Below are positions 13,242-24,195 of a stretch of 64,000 nt of DNA, one piece after another. Every line of letters starts with the position of its first letter. The stretch's first letter is position 1. The notes under the pieces are model-generated. The model searched no databases. It was given only the letters and a program-made list of their open reading frames with translations, and was not told where the DNA came from. Source of the stretch: Rhodosorus marinus CCMP1338 (lineage: Eukaryota; Plantae; Rhodophyta); NCBI GenBank assembly GCA_029953675.1, contig JAMWBK010000002.1, forward strand, positions 2,542,001-2,606,000, given 5' to 3'. The position numbers were made by a program, and so were the translations under genes.

Positions 13242-15332
13242 ATGTTAGGTTTTCAACTTGGCGCAGGGTCGATTGGATCAACTCGATGGAGGCGACTTGG
13301 ATACCAGGCGTCTCGGGGCCGCTTGAGGGAGCGAGGCCGGCTTAAGGTTTGGACGGCATCTTCAGCTGGGGCTGATGGGTTTGGACAATCTGTGAGCTCC
13401 ATCTCTGATGGTTTTGGCGTTGGAACTGGAAGAGGGCCCAGTGGCGTGCAGTCTGCTGTTCGACAGGCGTCGATGGGCCTGCCAGATGGACTGGCGCCGC
13501 AGATTGCGGTGTTAGTGATTTCAGCGAAACTTGGCAACTCGTTTGAACGCATGCTGCGGGATCTGAAGAAGTACTTCGCGCTGCAGAGATGGAACGATGT
13601 TCAGGTGAGCGGACCAAGTCTACCTTTCTGCTCCGGCCTCTGAGAAACCACGCGGTTTTACCTGAGATTTCCTTCTTCTATCTTCAAGGTTATTGGCGGG
13701 AGCGCATCTGATGTCTTCCTCGAGGAGGAGGGAGACGTCAAGCTCATGCTCCTGGGTGTCGGTGAGACGCGGTTCACAACCTTTACTGTAGATTCTTGTA
13801 CATCGTTGGACCTGGACCTGAGGCAGGAAGGGATTAGGGAGAAGATTCTTGGCACCCGATCCGGTCAGTTCGAGGATCCTATTTTCATGCTCTTCAAGAC
13901 ACCTGAATTCGTGAATGCTGAGAAGGTCATTTCAATGTTGGACTTTGCGTTTCCAAATTCCGCGAAAGTACGTTCTTGCTTCCGTTAAGGCGCGAAAAGC
14001 TCCTCCGCGAGAGACTTCGAGACACGTGATCCTCGAATCTCAGACTCCAGACCGTGCTACTAAGCTGCTTCATGTGTACCTTTGTCTCAAACCAGTTCGG
14101 CGTTCACGCTGGAAACATACCGCTGAGAAGGGAAGCCGTCTTCCACAACGAAGAAGTTATTGAAGACGGAATGTGCGGAATCGTAATGGAAGGAAAAATC
14201 GCCGTCGACCTGATCGTCTCTCAGGGAGCTAGATCTGTTGGCACAGTTCTGCGGGTATGACGACCTCTTGCCATTCCTTTCACATGACCCACCTCAAAGG
14301 CAGAAGACCCGGTTTTCCTGAAGCTGCGAGGATCAACGTCTGAACAGGTTGACGAGGTAGAGGATGGCACGACGATCACCAAGGTTAAGGAAATGGGAAC
14401 CTCCATGGAATCACAAGGAGCCCCGATGACGCTGTTCGATATGTGGCAGTATACAGACGTAATATCCGGACGGGACCAAGGACTGGCAGAGAAATGCACC
14501 ATGATCGGGCTAGGAATCGACAAGTTCGAGGAAGGAGAAGAGCCTGAGTATTTAGTCCGCAGGATAATCGGAATCGACAATACGAACAAGGCGCTGGCGA
14601 TCGACGGCAAAGTACGGCAGGGCCAGATTATTCAATTCCAAGTTAGAGTAAGCAGACGCCAGGCTGCAAGGTCTCACCTGTGTAGAAGCAAATCCCAGTG
14701 ACAGAACTCGTTGTGTTCATTGCTCGAAGGACGGACAGAGCGCACTTGTGGAGCTGGAGTCGTTGCTGAAAAAGGTTGCAGTGTTCAAGATCGAGAAGTC
14801 GGTGGAAGCCAAATTCCCTATTGCCCTGCTGCTTTTTTCAGATACTGAAAGAGGTGAGAACGCTTGAGAATTTGTTCTCAGCTGTTGAAATTTGCAACTC
14901 CGTTATGTATACCCACGCTCTTTGTCTACGAGTGGCAAGCTATTGTGATTTCGTCATCATGGCGAAACTTGATTCCACTACCCGGACTCTACGACTGAAA
15001 ATGATTCTTTCGCTTGTGCATTTTGCAATGCTCAGATGTGGACACCAGAAAAGCACTTGCGACGGAGATTGCCCTGGTCAAGGAAACCTTGAAGATTTCT
15101 GTACCAGTATTTGAGGTTATCTCAGATGGGCAGATTGGACCTTTGCCCGCTCCTGGATTTGTCAACTACTATCCGATAAAAGGTAATTCCACAGTTGCAT
15201 AAGATTACCATGAATAGGAGCTGACGGAGCAAAATGCAACTTCCTAAAGGTGTTGGAGTGTGTGGTTCGACTTTTGAGCATTCGACTACCTCTGTGTTCG
15301 CAATTTTGTACGGGTCTTCCCCCAGGGGCTAG
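13242..15332 (+). CDS. Plastid-targeted FIST (FIST_N + FIST_C) domain protein, multi-exon
   Basis: Transit-like MLGFQLGAG... FIST-like segments IGGSAS, YLVRRIIGID, VRQGQIIQFQVR and DGQIGPLP. The last exon, after intron ~15182-15247, reads ...TFEHSTTSVFAILY; stop at 15330-15332. Internal exon boundaries are approximate. Confidence 0.7.
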
Positions 15333-16210
15333 TGGACACCTATCCAGAAGGCGGATATGCGTTCGGATTGCTGGGAGAGCAAGTCACTACCGCGACCGAT
15401 CTCCAAGTTTGTAAGGACCCTAGGCTGCCTCGTCGGGAAAGTAGTATTTCACTCCTGTACTTTCTGGAGCTTCACAACCACGTATCACGTAGGATAGAAG
15501 TTGTCAAGTGCACAATTCTGATCACGGACCTCCGCGGTCTTTGCGGCAAAGTCCGCGGTGAGAGTTTGAGGCAAATATCGCTGAGCGATACCTGGCTTTC
15601 CTCCTCTAATTGCCATAACTTTTGTTGTCGGAGAAAAGCAAGGGGAGTGTTGAAGTTTCGTGCATCTTCCGCTGTTCCCTAGACGCTCCCTGGTCGTTCG
15701 CCTCTAGATTGAGTTTCTTCTACAAGCAAGATGTTGTTGCACTGCTTTTCGATGCGGACTCACTGCTGGGGCACAATCACCCAGCCACCCCGGGTGCAGG
15801 CCTGATAACTTTCCGAAATTTGTCGCATTAAAAAAACAAGCAGAGAAGTTCGTACTGAAAAAAGAAAACAGCCCGTTTAGATTTTCACTATTTCACCGCA
15901 AGGTAGAGAGACAACAATTTCTGTTTTCAGCTAAATCCTTGTAAATCTTAATCCTTGAAAAGTCCTCTGTACAAGGTATGTGACCTAGAGCGGGATATAA
16001 CCACTCCAAAAGGTCTCCAATGGCAAAAGATCGGGAGATGAAACCCACCGACTCAATGCTAATGGTAGCCCAATTCAGACGCAGGGATGAAACCCGCTAC
16101 CCAGACCCAAGGTAAACCTTTTAATTTTACTGCGTTCCCTATTTTCTCCTCAACCTTCTTCTGCTTCGGGGTGCACTCAATACCCTTCAGCTCACTAATA
16201 TCCCCGATGC

Positions 16211-16390
16211 TCTCTGTGGGGGTGTAGATCTGCTTCCAACATCTCTGTGGGGAAGATCTACTTCTAACATCAGCAGATCTATCTTAAGCACCTAATCCAT
16301 AGTTACTGATGCTATGGTCGTTAGTGTACTTTCTTAGATCTTCACAATCCTACGCCACTATCGCCAAACACGCTGCTGAGGTATGAGAAA
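16211..16390 (+). mobile_element. Short tandem repeat followed by a possible decayed Ty1/copia RT C-terminal fragment
   Basis: Two ~30-bp units (16211-16241, 16242-16269). Then RSIL...VVSVLS*, a frameshift, and HNPTPLSPNTLLRYEK, resembling copia YRSIVG..AVS.LSQF.H.P...H...KR.LRYLK. Confidence 0.35.
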
Positions 16391-17485
16391 ATCCTTTACC
16401 CCTGTCCCATTGTCCCAATCATCCTCCCAATCCAATGCTGACACTCACAAAACACCCTCACCAAATGAGTCCTTCAATAATATTTCCAAAATACATATAA
16501 CCGCTTTACCATAAAACCAATATTAATTGGACATATGCGAATATTTATTTTTATTCAATATTTAATATAGGAAATGTTTTTAATTATTATACAACGGCAC
16601 TAAAAGTATGCAAATTTTTGAGTTTGGTACTATTGAATTAGCATGTTTTTATATTGAGCTGAATATTAATAGAATACCATTTTTGGATAGAATTCTTGGC
16701 AACGTCAGGGCAAGGAGATGCGACACTAGAGTTCTGAGAACTTTAGTTGAGGTCTTAGCTACCCCGAGAACGAAGAACTACGATCGATGTAAATAACTAG
16801 CTTCGATACTAAGGGCGGCTGATCTCCGTTATAGGGCCGAAGAAAGAAGAGATTCGACGAAGTGATGACGTCGATCCCCTGAGCTCTTACGTCAAAACCC
16901 TCCGTAGAACAGCACCCCTGTGCATCAACCCGAAGATTTCAACGACGGAGCGGGACCAAGCGATGCGCTAGGGCTGATTGGAGAACGCTGGCGTCGAAAA
17001 GAGCTTCAGCATAGACGGTCTGATTGCGACGACGCATGGTTAGAGCCCAGCAGGTAACGATTCTCCAGTTTTTTGCGTCCCCTTTTTTTTTTGCTAGTGT
17101 ACCGCATTCGGGGAGCCTTGGCCTCTGATTAAAACCGACCCGTCCATCTATCTGCATCATGATTCGGGAACATTGCAGCCCTCATGTTTGCTAGGAGCAA
17201 CCGTTACCGTCACAGTGCTCGCTGCAGAACGTTCTACGTGCAGTTGGCTCGGTGCCATGTCCGCCCTTTGAGGGTACTGAATGATGTGTTGCTTAAAAAC
17301 TACTGAAATTTATAATTGATGCTGGCCACTAGAATTTTACCTGTATGGGGTTTTCAAGAGTTGATCGTACGTGGAGGGAACGCGCGCTCAGGGAGCTATA
17401 GGAGAGCTGGACTGGACTGGGCTGGGCTGGTCATGAATTGAAGAATGAAGAAGTCTAATTTGAAAGAAGGTGGACGGCTATAGAT

Positions 17486-18256
17486 ATGTCTCTCTTCAGT
17501 CGCTTGGGAAGGAAGTACCTGGATCTCCTGAAGGTGCATCCGGTGAAAACGAAGGCGATGACTTCCTTCACGTTGATGGCGGCAGCGGATGTGGCGGTTC
17601 AGTCTCGATCTGAGGAGCCCTTGGATCCGATTAGGACGCTTCGATTTGCGTCTTTCGGTTTCGTGTTTGGTTCGCTTACCCTCGCTTGGATGACTGGGTG
17701 ACTGTGTTAGAGGCTGACATGCACGTGCTTGACTGTTTCTCCGAATCTTCATCATTAGGGCCGGCGGGACATGCTTGGTATGGCTTTTTGGAGCGCGTAT
17801 TCAAACCTTCGGCGTCTCTAGCTGGTCTGGTAAAGTCCGTCTCTGTTGATCAGCTCATCTTCGCACCGATTATCCTTGGCACGTTCTTCACGTATTTGTG
17901 CGCATTGGAGGGAAAAGGAGCCGAAGCAACTAGACAAAAGATCTCTCAAGATCTGCCTCCAACAATTGTGAGTCCAAAGATCTCCTCGCAGGTACTTCTA
18001 AGAAGCACACATGCTCCGTTGACTGACGCAGACCTGCTGCTTCCCTCTCGCGTGCCTACATCAGGTCAACAACTGGTTCTTATGGGTCCCAACTCAGATT
18101 ATTAACTTCAAATATGTTCCTGAATTTTTGAGATTGCCTGTTGTATCTTCCGTCGCACTTCTATGGAATATTTATCTGGCAGTGATGACAAACAAACCTG
18201 TGAAACCACGAGAGGCCGACAATCGGTTCAAGCATGACAACCTGGAAACAACGTGA
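17486..18256 (+). CDS. Mpv17/PMP22 family membrane protein
   Basis: HPVKTKAMTSFTLMAAADVAVQ, GPAGHAWYGFLE, DQLIFAP, NWFLWVPTQIINFKYVP and LWNIYL. Two introns; stop at 18254-18256. Confidence 0.92.
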
Positions 18257-18704
18257 GCATGGCCTCGCTAGTTGCGTAGCTCAAGGTGGTCACAGGATAG
18301 ACAATGCAACTTCTCTAGGATACAAGCTCTTCGAGGAGGAAACGATTAATTAGCCAAGAGGACAAAGTCGCCCAATGCTGACGCTCTGGATCCCTACTTT
18401 GCGACGTCCGTTCTGAGAAGGCTTCGTTAGTTGCCTGCTGAGAAATAGGTGTAGGCCGATGCAGTGGAAAGCTGCAGATGTTCAACGTTCGATTTGGCAA
18501 GGGGGAGAATATCGCAAGAACAATTAACAGATGAAAGCGTTTCTGGAAAGCTGACAGGAAAACATTCTGAGAGACAAGATGTTTTTCCAGAGTTAATGAA
18601 GTAAATGCAGGAAATAATAGACCCGAGAGCGATAGGTTTCAAGCCAAAGGCTCGTTATCGCGTACGGCTTCTTTCAACATGCGAACCAGATAGAACCGCC
18701 CATC

Positions 18705-19190
18705 CTAAGATCCAGATTTCTCCTTCAAGAGCGCAGTCAAGTATAGGTATATCCTTCGCTGTCCATACAACGACAAATACGGGCTAGCCAGATGGTTCTT
18801 CATTGCCTTAAAGCCATAGATCACGTTGACGAGGGCCAACACTGACCCAGGTTTGGTTGCATACGCACTTGCTCGTCTTTAATCGTTTCAATCGCTTCGA
18901 GATGGTCCAGTAGGTCATGCCGGACTCTCTCGTTGCCAAATCGATCCTGAGGTGGAAGCGTCTGTGGGAGGTCAAAACTGATACAGATTCGATTGAACAT
19001 GGGCTGCTCCTACCCTGGACCAGAACAATATCCTGCTATTATTGAATATTTCATTCCAGTGAACTTGGAGCTAGTCGAGTAGGTGAGGACGGACTCGCCT
19101 CATTGCCGAATCCACCCTCATCGACGCTCCCCAGCGAGTCAGTTGGCGAAGATCGATCGAGATTTGATTGAAAACAGATTGTTTTGCCAT
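18705..19190 (-). CDS. Putative ~100-aa spliced hypothetical protein, not in the ORF track
   Basis: Three GT-AG introns of about 45-67 nt join MAKQSVFNQISIDLRQLTRWGASMR / LQVHWNEIFNNSRILFWSR / DRFGNERVRHDLLDHLEAIETIKDEQ / AMKNHLASPYLSLYGQRRIYLYLTALLKEKSGS*. No family recognised. Confidence 0.35.
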
Positions 19191-19318
19191 AATGGAAATG
19201 GTGAATTGGTATCGAGTGATGGAGAAGTAGCAAGTATGAAAGTGCTGTATGAATGAAAGCTTGTGGTCTGTAGAAAGGAGACTGGTTTATCATCTTTAGA
19301 ATGCGTCAGAATAATAAG

Positions 19319-19828
19319 ATGGAGCTACTCGGTTTTGTAGGAGGGGTTGGAGCTGTTGTGAACCGATCAGCAAGGATCGGTGAACGGTGTGGGGGACGTG
19401 TGAACTTTTCGGTACGCGCGACGCACCGGGCTGTTTCGTTTCAGTAGTCTTCTGCTTTTCGTTTTTGTCCTCTTGCCTTTTTTTTGGTTTAAAGACGTGC
19501 TTTGGAAGCTTAGCTCTACCTCTGGCACGATGTGTTTAGATATGTTGTTTTGTATCACCTCCTCGTTCTCCACTGGACAAAACATACTGACCGATTGTCA
19601 TCTTGTACTTTCTTTGTTTTCCTCTTCAAGGTGAGAAGCGCGAGATCCGCGAGGCTCAGAAACGTTTGTATCCGGATGGCGGAAGGAGACGAGGAATCTA
19701 AGGAAGACGCTCCCCAGACTCTGCAAGGAATTCTTATTTTCGCGGTGACGATCGCAATCTTTGGAGTCGCGATCCTCGCTACATTTTCGAGGACCTTCCT
19801 GCCAGGTGGTCTCGGTCCGCCTTTGTGA
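19319..19828 (+). CDS. Small plastid-targeted single-transmembrane protein of unknown function
   Basis: Exon 1 (19319-19411) MELLGFVGGVGAVVNRSARIGERCGGRVNFS; intron 19412-19630; exon 2 VRSARSARLRNVCIRMAEGDEESKEDAPQTLQGILIFAVTIAIFGVAILATFSRTFLPGGLGPPL*. Confidence 0.75.
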
Positions 19829-20222
19829 TCACCTGTGCCTTATCCAGACGGACAGGACAACGATATCCAGGGTAGCATTTTCAAGACCGAGGGGAAGCCT
19901 CTCCTAGATGTCCTTCCCAGGACCTGTCACAAACACGCCATTCCATCTGAATAAAACAAAAAACTGTATTGTTCTTGAATCAAAAACAAATTGTTGCTTT
20001 TTGCCATCAACTCCCGTACCTCTCAAAACTGTTCCTACAATGATACAAAACTCTCTGCAGCAGCAGATTCCATTCCTAGAAACACGGATTGCCTTCGTGC
20101 GAGATGGCCCAAGGGCCTCAACGAAGCGATCCAGCAAGCTGCGAAGCTCACAGGAGCTCCTAGGGCTTTTTACACACCCGAACCCGACAACGAAATACTT
20201 TCGAACCAGCTTTCGCGGCAAT

Positions 20223-21698
20223 CTAGATTTCGTCCCTCATGATCTTACTTCTTAGATCCGACATGAAGTCGTTCATATACTTAATGTTGTGGAGCGTCAT
20301 AAGAGACCCAGCCAGTGGCAGATGCTCCTTGCTGAGGTAGTGCAAGTACGCCACCGATACATTTTGCAGGCCAAACTTTTCGTCGGGCGGTTTGTAGTTG
20401 TTCCTATTGCTGTTTTTCCTGATCTTCAACGGTCCATTCTGAGTTAAGAGCGTTCCATGTCGTCCCATACGAGTCGGAAAGCACGAGTCAAACGTATCTA
20501 CTCCCAACGGAACAGCCCTTTGTTTAGGATTCAGCGAAATACATGCAATTGAGTGAATCAGAACTGGTTCATCGGCACTTTTGTTTGTTGGGATCCCTTC
20601 GTTTCCGCACCTCTTAATGCTTTCAATATCTGCAATCCCGAGGAGGTGGTTTGGCCTCTTCGGATCCAACCTCGGCATGACAAAGTTGAGCAACTGGATA
20701 AGCTCGTTACGGTCCTTTCCCAAGCTTCCACCGACACCGAACCCATCGAAGGGAAGTGAGCTGATGTAATCTATGCTTAGCTGTCTCAACTCTAGGTCTA
20801 CACCCCCGTGGATGACACCATACATTGCTTGGTTCTTCACGTTGTTCAAATGAGCACGTAAGCTCCTTGCTTCCCATCTATGAGTCAGATAAACGGACCT
20901 GGAAAAGAAACCAAAGCAGACGTTGATGAGGGCTTTTGGAGCGGCTGACAGCGAAATAGAGGAGCTGTCGACTGCAACTTACGATTCTAGCCTCCGTCGT
21001 TCAATGTGGTAGGGGGGTAACTCATCCAATGGGACAATAATATCAGAGCCATAGGCCTTCTGTGCTTCTACCGAAGACTCCGGCGTTAGCAGATGCTGCT
21101 TTCCATCCCTATAGGACCTGAACTTTGCACCCAACTCTGATACTTCATCCAGTAGGGACCCTTCAGTACTTCGATTTGGGCCTCTCGCTTTCATGTTCAG
21201 TTCATCGGTCACTGAGCCTTGAGATAATGAGAACACCTAGTTCGCAAGCCAACAGTAAGTATCAACGGCCGGTTAGCCGCTAAAGGCGTAATAGATGCGT
21301 CAGAGACGCTTTTGGTGGTGTTCTCGTCCAACCTGAAAACCTCCACTGTCCGTAATGATCGGTCGGTTTCTGTTCATGTACTTGTGGATCCCTCCAGCCT
21401 TCTCGATAAGCTTAGGACCCGGTTGAAGAAGCAAATGGTACGTGTTGCAGAACATCAGCTGCTGACCGGAATCGTCGGCAGCTCGATGATCAACAGCCTT
21501 GAGTGCTCCATTGGTTGCTACTGCGACGAATCCTGGCGTGTCTACGAATCCGTGTGGGGTATAAATCCTGCCAACTCGAGCCCGGGAGATACTTGACTCA
21601 TGTAGCAGCTCGAAACTGAAGAAATCCCGCGGCTTGTAATCGGGGAACGTCTTTGGGTCTGGGGGAAGAGCGAGTCCTAAAAAAGGAGAAAATAGCAT
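20223..21698 (-). CDS. tgt: Queuine tRNA-ribosyltransferase (TGT), Chlamydiae-like type; true start probably in an upstream exon
   Basis: ARVGRIYTPHG, VATNGALK, FCNTYHLLLQPG, ITDSGGFQV, FRSYRDG, SDIIVPLDEL, YGVIHGG, GGSLG, HLLGIAD, FDSCFPTR and TLHNI, ending IMRDEI. Confidence 0.93.
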
Positions 21699-22771
21699 AT
21701 GCAGAGTTGCGAATCCCGAATCTTAGACTTGTAGACTCTTAATTCTGCCCACAGCGCGGAAAACATCATTGCGCGGGGTTGGATTCGTTCTAATTCAAAG
21801 CATGTTGCTCCTGCAGGTCCAGAATGAGGACCGGGCAGAAGAGAAGGCTTTTATGGGGTGAAGAAGAAAGGGAAGAGCGATGGGCCAACCGAAGCCGCGC
21901 CCCCTCATATATCCAGTAAACAAAAGTTTCCTTCTTCCAGCTCAGACGTACCCTTGTCAGTGGTAATATCTATGATTGGAGAATGGAAACCCCTACAGCT
22001 CGCTGCAACGCGATTCCACAACCGATTTTGACAGCCCTTGCTCGTCAGAGCGCTCAACGATTGCTTCAACAAAGCCATTCCAAGCTACTCGGCGTCTCCG
22101 AAAAACTCCGACGTCGATCCTTGGTCAACCAAAAAAGAAACTACGCAAGATTACAACATCTGCCTCGCACACGAGCCACAACTTTTTTCAACCTTCTGGT
22201 GAGAACGTTTAGCACAGCCTCACACGAAGATGAAGTCAGAGACTGAGTAAGCAACATCTGCTACTTATCTAGAGTTCTTTAAAGGAGCATTTAAATACCG
22301 TTCACGAAGGTCGCGTTCTGCGGAGAACCCTTCAGCGCTTCTCGAGAGCTTGCTGGAAGTTGGAACCCTCGGCGATGATCGACGAGAGTTTCGGCTGACA
22401 TCGATCGGCCGTGTGGAGCGCTGTGGCATGGAGTACTATCACTGATGCCTGGACAAAAGAGTGAAATCGTAGCGGGGATGACCTCGGAGTCCTTGGAGGT
22501 TGACCAAGAAGAGGCAGGCTGCGGGGATGACGTCTTGGTGTTCGTAGCATTTGAAAACAGATGTGCTTGGTTTAGAGAAGGAAGCTTGAAGAAGCGACAG
22601 AAGGTCCTAGTTCCGGTCTTCAATGATATGGTGAGAGCGATGAGCGTTGGCTCTGTGTTTAGCGATCGAGCTCGGCTTGGTTTTCGGGGCAAAAGTGGAT
22701 TTTTGTGTGTGGGCGGGGGAGGGTGGGGGGGTTTGAACTTTTGACTCGAGCGGCTACTGGAGCTTCTGAAG

Positions 22772-23209
22772 ATGGAGCCCCAGACAGTATCTGAGAGTTA
22801 TCAGGTCAGGCTACGTGCCTCAATGCATGCCAATGCGTTCGTGCTCGTGGTTCTCGCAGTGCACTTGCTCTCTTGGGGGGATGATGTTTCGAAGGCGCAC
22901 GCTGCAGAGCGGTTTGTGATCACCACGGCGGTCGATATTATTCTATTTCTCTGGGCGGCGTGGCTCTTCCGAGCAGCGTCGCTGGAGCCGATTCCTTATC
23001 AAGAGGCTGTGTCGTTGGCAGCCGCGAATATTGTTTGCGCAGTGGTGAACTCTCTGTTCGTTGTGACAAATCCGTTCAAGTTCTATCGGCTCAAGACGTG
23101 GGGTATAGTTTTGTTCTCTGCGCTTGGCACTCAAGGGCTGTGCTTCGGAGTCCTGCAATACTACCTCTTGAGAAATGATGTATTCCGTTATACAGCAATT
23201 CTTGTTTGA
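22772..23209 (+). CDS. Hypothetical 145-aa membrane protein (about 4 TM segments)
   Basis: Uninterrupted ATG-started ORF with four hydrophobic stretches, preceded by a G/T-rich leader like other + strand genes. Confidence 0.55.
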   Translation: MEPQTVSESYQVRLRASMHANAFVLVVLAVHLLSWGDDVSKAHAAERFVITTAVDIILFLWAAWLFRAASLEPIPYQEAVSLAAANIVCAVVNSLFVVTNPFKFYRLKTWGIVLFSALGTQGLCFGVLQYYLLRNDVFRYTAILV

Positions 23210-23402
23210 GCCTGTATCGATCCAGACTCAGGATAAAGCTTGATGTCTCGTGTGCTCCAGGGCACTTGGGTAGAGTCGCGAGGAGCTAGCGAGGAGCTAG
23301 TTTAGCCTGAACAAACCCACTGACAAATTCGACCCCATGTAGAGCGATTGATATATTGTTACACCGCTTAAACACGCTAGAGAAGCCTAACTATTCTATG
23401 AG

Positions 23403-24195
23403 CTATACACGTTCTGAAATATAAATAGCTGCATGGCAACCTGCCTTAATAACCTGAGACATAGCCTTGTACATTGGCGCCATTTCCGCATCAAACTCAA
23501 TCCCGATGTCCTTGTGCTCGAGCTCCTCATCGCGAAACTTCTTGATCATCTCTCTTAATGGCTCCTCCTTCTCAAATCCCTTTTCATGAAGCTGTCGGAT
23601 CTGGTCGTTGTAATGTTCAGCAATCACCTACATAAGCATTTTCATGTTAGAAGCTCAAACAAAGTCTGAAACTACCGCCGGTTAATCCACGGTTGATTTT
23701 GAACACAGGACATATAGGATACCTCTTCAACGGCAACAGTGCAAGCCATAGCGGCTTCCTTTCCCACGAGGGCGGAGCCAAACCCCAGTGCATAGCCTGC
23801 AACCCTCCACACGGGCATCATAGCCGTCGGCCTGACGCGTCTTTCCGATATCAAGCGGTTGAAAGCGTTGAGATGCTTTTTCTCCTGCTCGGCCATCTCC
23901 TGAAATTGAGCACAGGGAAGTCTTCTGCCTGGTCAAACAACGATGCCTTCTCTTTGCCCTTGGAAACTAGAAAACTTCCATGGTCGCAAACCTCAATCAC
24001 GGGTTCGAGGGAAGTGCCCCGGAAAATCGCGAGTTGGCCGGCGTAAATTTGTCGTGCACCAAGCTCGCCAGCATGGTCTACCCGAATCATTTTGTCGAGC
24101 ACGGCCTTGCTCTCTTTATCAGCGAACAGAGGCGAGTTTTGCTTCCATTTTGGGGAGCTACTCATATACCTTACAAAAGTTCGCCTGCTCATCAT
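23403..24195 (-). CDS. COQ7: 5-demethoxyubiquinone hydroxylase (COQ7/CLK-1), mitochondrial
   Basis: MIRVDHAGELGARQIYAGQ, EQEKKHL, RVRPTAMMPVW, AAMACTVAVE, HYNDQIR and FRDEELEH (di-iron ligands). Two introns. Confidence 0.96.

Noticed and set aside
15333-15831. ORFs downstream of the FIST stop
   Set aside because: Non-ATG starts and no recognisable motifs; probably 3' UTR or intergenic.
21976-22744. Several 70-130 aa ORFs on both strands
   Set aside because: No motif and conflicting strands; cannot be supported as genes.
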